This document shows positions 14,712 to 18,123 of a stretch of DNA of 18,123 nucleotides, one piece after another. The stretch is taken from assembly GCA_965242925.1 (NCBI GenBank), contig CBDEUM010000006.1, positions 1-18,123 of the forward strand, read 5' to 3'. Origin of the DNA: Roseibacillus sp. GTDB lineage: Bacteria; Verrucomicrobiota; Verrucomicrobiia; Verrucomicrobiales; Akkermansiaceae. Each line of letters starts with the position of its first letter. The first letter of the stretch is position 1. A program made the position numbers and the translations under genes. The notes under the pieces were generated by a model. The model was not told the origin of the DNA. It saw nothing but the letters and a program-made list of their open reading frames with translations, and made no database searches.

Positions 14712-17027
14712 ATGCGCACGTTCTTGAAAAGGGGATTCGGCCTGCTGCTGGTCCTGCTGCCGGCTTCCGCGCCCGCTGATGATGACCTGGCATTCTTTGA
14801 GTCGAAGATCCGCCCCCTGCTTGCGGAGCATTGTTACGAATGTCACTCGGCGCGGGCCCGCAAGGTGAAGGGGGGACTCCTGCTCGACTCGCGTGCCGGA
14901 GTGCAGAAGGGAGGGGATTCCGGGGTGGTCATCGTGCCGGGCGAACCGGAGAAAAGCCTTCTCCTGAAAGCGCTGAGTTATCGGGACTCCGACCTGCAGA
15001 TGCCGCCGGATGGAAAGCTGGCGGATGAGACCATCGAACTCCTGCGGGAGTGGGTCCAGCGCGGCGCGCCCGATCCGCGGGACGAGGGAGCGGGCAAGGT
15101 GGCGGAGGAACCGGGCATCGACTACGAGGATGGCCGGAAGTTCTGGTCCTTCATCAGACCCGTACAGCATACGCGGCCGGGAGTGAAGGATGAGAAGTGG
15201 CCACGCAATGGGATTGATCACTTTATTCTCGCGAGGATGGAAGAAGCGGGACTCCGTCCGGCACCGGAGGCGGACCGGCGCACACTGGTAAGAAGGGCCT
15301 ACCTTGATCTCCATGGACTGCCTCCGAGCACGGAGCAGGTGCAGGCCTTCGTTCACGATGATGAACCGGAGGCGTGGGAGCGCCTCATCGACGACCTTCT
15401 GGCCTCCCCGCGTTACGGGGAACGATGGGGCCGGCACTGGCTGGACGTGGCGCGCTATTCCGATTCCAACGGAATGGATGAGGACATTGCGCATCCCGAA
15501 GCCTGGCGCTATCGCGATTACGTCATCGGGTCCTTCAACGAGGACAAGCGGTTCGACCAGTTCATCGTGGAACAACTGGCGGGGGATCTCCTGCCGGGGG
15601 AGTCACTCGAGCAACGGCGGGAGCAGGTCGCGGCACTGGGCTTTCTCTCGGTGGGGCCCAAGATGCTGGCCTGTGACGACCCCGACAAGATGCGGCGGGA
15701 TATCGTGGACGAGCAACTCGATACCACGGGACGGGCCTTCATGGGCATGACCCTGGGATGTGCACGGTGCCACGACCACAAGTTCGATCCGGTCTCGACG
15801 GCGGACTACTATGGCCTGGCCGGGATCTTCCTCTCCACCAAGACGCTGACGAAGTACACCGTGGTGGCGCACTATCATCTCCATGACCTGACCGATCCGG
15901 GGGTGACAGCCCGTTGGAAGGAGATCGGGGAACTGGAGAAGAAGAAGGGCGACAAGAAGACCAAGGCGGAGGAGAAGAAAGAACTGGAGGGTCGGATCGC
16001 CGGGCTGAAGAAGAATCTGCCCGGGAAGCATCGCGTCATGGGAGTGACTGAGGATGTGGTGGCGGATACGAAGGTGCACCTGCGGGGCAATTACCTGACC
16101 CTGGGGGAGCAGGTTCCGCGGCGGGTGTTGCCGGTGATTGCCGGTTTTGACCAACCACCAATGCCTGCCGGGCAGAGCGGACGCCTGGAACTGGCGAAAT
16201 GGATTGCCAGTGCGGACCACCCCCTGACCGCCCGGGTGATCGTGAACCGGCTCTGGCGCTGGCATTTCGGACGGGGTCTGGTGCCCACGCCTGACAATTT
16301 CGGAGTTCTGGGAGAGAGGCCCACGCACCCGGCCCTGCTGGATCACCTTGCCCTGAAGCTGATCGATGCGGGATGGTCGCTGAAGGCGATGCACCGGGAC
16401 CTCATGAGGTCAGCCACTTACCGGCAGGGTTCGAGGTCGGAGCAGGCGCTCCGGGGAGATCCGGAGAATAAGCTCTTCGCCCGCTGGAAGCCGCGGCGGG
16501 TGGAGGCGGAGGTCCTGCGCGATGCGATCCTCTTCAAGTCCAATCGGCTGGACCTGACCATCGGCGGAGCCATCATCCAGCGAAAGCCCACCGAGTATAT
16601 CGAGAAGGGCAAGATGACGGAGTGGATCAAGAGCACCCGGCGGGCGGTTTACCTGCCGGTGATCCGGAGTGCGGGCTACGACGAATTGAATGCCTTCGAT
16701 TTTGCCGACCCCTCCGTGCCGGACGGAAATCGCCGGACGTCCACGGTGACCCAGCAGGCTCTCGTCCTCATGAACAGCCCGCTGGTCCACGAGTCCGCGA
16801 CGCGGATTGCAGAGATCATGATCGAGGCGACCAAGGGAGCGAGCAACGGACAGCGGGCGGACTGGATGGTCCTGCACTACCACGGGCGTCCCGCGCGCCC
16901 GGACGAGATCACGCGGTTGGAGAACGCGGTGAACAATGCCCTGGCAGCAGGGGAAGGAGACCAGAAGGCCTGGGCCAGCGTGGCACGGGTTCTCATGGCC
17001 AGTAACGAATTTCTCTATATCGAGTAG
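14712..17027 (+). CDS. PSD1 and planctomycete cytochrome c domain protein (PSCyt1 + DUF1549 + DUF1553)
   Basis: Likely start ATG 14712 (ORF track start 14511 overlaps the previous gene), with signal peptide MRTFLKRGFGLLLVLLPASAPA. Motifs FFESKIRPLLAEHCYECHS, MPP, IDHFIL, RRAYLDLHGLPP, SPRYGERWGRHWLDVARYSD, GCARCHDHKFDP, HPLTARVIVNRLWRWHFGRG, PTHPALLDHLA, QQALVLMNS, NEFLYIE. Confidence 0.93.
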   Translation: MRTFLKRGFGLLLVLLPASAPADDDLAFFESKIRPLLAEHCYECHSARARKVKGGLLLDSRAGVQKGGDSGVVIVPGEPEKSLLLKALSYRDSDLQMPPDGKLADETIELLREWVQRGAPDPRDEGAGKVAEEPGIDYEDGRKFWSFIRPVQHTRPGVKDEKWPRNGIDHFILARMEEAGLRPAPEADRRTLVRRAYLDLHGLPPSTEQVQAFVHDDEPEAWERLIDDLLASPRYGERWGRHWLDVARYSDSNGMDEDIAHPEAWRYRDYVIGSFNEDKRFDQFIVEQLAGDLLPGESLEQRREQVAALGFLSVGPKMLACDDPDKMRRDIVDEQLDTTGRAFMGMTLGCARCHDHKFDPVSTADYYGLAGIFLSTKTLTKYTVVAHYHLHDLTDPGVTARWKEIGELEKKKGDKKTKAEEKKELEGRIAGLKKNLPGKHRVMGVTEDVVADTKVHLRGNYLTLGEQVPRRVLPVIAGFDQPPMPAGQSGRLELAKWIASADHPLTARVIVNRLWRWHFGRGLVPTPDNFGVLGERPTHPALLDHLALKLIDAGWSLKAMHRDLMRSATYRQGSRSEQALRGDPENKLFARWKPRRVEAEVLRDAILFKSNRLDLTIGGAIIQRKPTEYIEKGKMTEWIKSTRRAVYLPVIRSAGYDELNAFDFADPSVPDGNRRTSTVTQQALVLMNSPLVHESATRIAEIMIEATKGASNGQRADWMVLHYHGRPARPDEITRLENAVNNALAAGEGDQKAWASVARVLMASNEFLYIE

Positions 17028-17053
17028 ATCCGGGCCGTCGCATTCACGTGCTT

Positions 17054-17082
17054 TTGACAATCCGGGCCCCCATGATCATACT
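17054..17082 (+). promoter_or_regulatory. Putative sigma70 promoter TTGACA-N17-CATACT upstream of the DUF1501 gene
   Basis: Perfect -35 TTGACA at 17054-17059, 17-nt spacer, CATACT at 17077-17082, ATG at 17098. Confidence 0.55.
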
Positions 17083-17097
17083 TCTGATGTCCCGGAG

Positions 17098-18123
17098 ATG
17101 AGTTTCCTCTGCCACAACCGCCAAGCCCGGCCATTAAACCGGCGAGAGATGCTGCGGACCTCCTCGGCAGGGTTCGGCGCGTTGGCCCTGCAGGGCCTGC
17201 TGACCGAGGAAGGGCGGGCCGCCTCGGCCCTGAGCCCGAAACCGGCTCCCTCGCCCGCGCGGGCCAAGCGGATCATCTTCCTCTTCATGCACGGTGGTCC
17301 ATCGCAAGTGGACCTCTTCGACCACAAGCCGCAACTGACGCGCGACGACAACAAGCCTCTGCCCTTCGAGAAGCCGCGGATCGTGTCGGCCAAGACGGGC
17401 AACCTGCTGGCCTCCCCGTGGAAGTTCGGGAAGCACGGGCAGAGCGGGGCGGAGGTGAGCGAGATCCTGCCGCGCCTTTCGTCGATCGTGGATGACCTGT
17501 GCATCGTGAAGTCGATCTACGGTTCCAACTCGCGGCACGGGGGTGCCCTGCTGGAACTGCACACCGGATCGGACACCTTCACGCGTCCGGCGATGGGGTC
17601 GTGGATCAATTACGGACTGGGAACGGAGAACCAGAATCTCCCCGGGTTCATCACGATCGCCCCGAGCGGGAGTCACGGGGGATCCAATGCGTGGTCCTCG
17701 GCCTTCCTGCCGGCCCACTACCAGGGGACCCGGATCGGGGGAAAGGGGAGAGGGATGACCGTTCCCTTCATTGAGAGTCCGCTCAAGGATCGGGATCTGC
17801 AGCGCCGGGAACTGGATCTGCTCAAGGCCATGAACCGCGATCACTTTGCCCAAAGCGCGGGAGATTCGGAGCTGGAGGCCCGCATCGCCTCCTACGAGCT
17901 GGCCTTCCGCATGCAGATGGAAGCACCGGGTATTCAGGACGTTTCGGGGGAACCAGAGCCGATCAAGAAGCTCTACGGACTGGACCAGGACAACACCAGG
18001 AAGTTCGGGGAACAGTGTCTCATGGCCCGCCGCTTCAGTGAGGCAGGGGTGCGGTTCGTGCAGGTCACTCACCGCTACTGGGATTCCCACGGGAACCTGC
18101 GCAAGGAGCACGCACGTCTCGCA
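17098..18123 (+). CDS. DUF1501 domain-containing protein (Tat-exported, sulfatase-like fold), 3'-truncated by window
   Basis: Absent from the ORF track because it has no stop in the window. Manual translation: MSFLCHNRQARPLNRREMLRTSSAGFGALALQGLL...AKRIIFLFMHGGPSQVDLFDHKP...GQSGAEVSEILP...RPAMGSWINYGLGTENQNLPGF...ARIASYELAFRMQ...FGEQCLMARRFSEAGVRFVQV...WDSHGN. Canonical partner of PSD1 genes. Confidence 0.93.
   Translation, partial: MSFLCHNRQARPLNRREMLRTSSAGFGALALQGLLTEEGRAASALSPKPAPSPARAKRIIFLFMHGGPSQVDLFDHKPQLTRDDNKPLPFEKPRIVSAKTGNLLASPWKFGKHGQSGAEVSEILPRLSSIVDDLCIVKSIYGSNSRHGGALLELHTGSDTFTRPAMGSWINYGLGTENQNLPGFITIAPSGSHGGSNAWSSAFLPAHYQGTRIGGKGRGMTVPFIESPLKDRDLQRRELDLLKAMNRDHFAQSAGDSELEARIASYELAFRMQMEAPGIQDVSGEPEPIKKLYGLDQDNTRKFGEQCLMARRFSEAGVRFVQVTHRYWDSHGNLRKEHARLA

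Noticed and set aside
17134..18111. 325-aa minus-strand ORF and other long antisense ORFs (e.g. 3524-4876, 5779-6912, 14658-15575)
   Set aside because: They are antisense shadows of well-supported genes on the opposite strand.

Overview
High-GC bacterial genomic window, most likely from a PVC-superphylum organism. The paralog families and the C-terminal motifs of the secreted proteins suggest a Verrucomicrobiales/Roseibacillus-like lineage (inference). It is densely coding and dominated by exported proteins. In order: the 3' end of a PVC-type heme-binding protein, a DUF1080 hydrolase, a DUF1592 cytochrome c + DUF1552 pair, a PhyH-family 2OG-Fe(II) dioxygenase, a minus-strand 9-repeat beta-propeller surface protein, a large secreted multi-domain protein with a ~0.6 kb internal duplication, an SGNH/GDSL esterase, a PQQ-like beta-propeller, a secreted HEXXH zincin, a PSD1 (DUF1549/DUF1553) cytochrome c and the 5' part of a DUF1501 protein. 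No rRNA, tRNA, CRISPR array or mobile element was seen. The most notable observations are (1) a ~270-bp deletion scar at 8004-8274 made of two back-to-back 3'-end remnants, each paralogous to the C-terminus of the intact gene downstream of it on the same strand, and (2) a ~70-aa S4-like (RNA-binding fold) insertion inside the catalytic region of the secreted zinc metallopeptidase. All family assignments come from motif recognition by eye, not from database searches.
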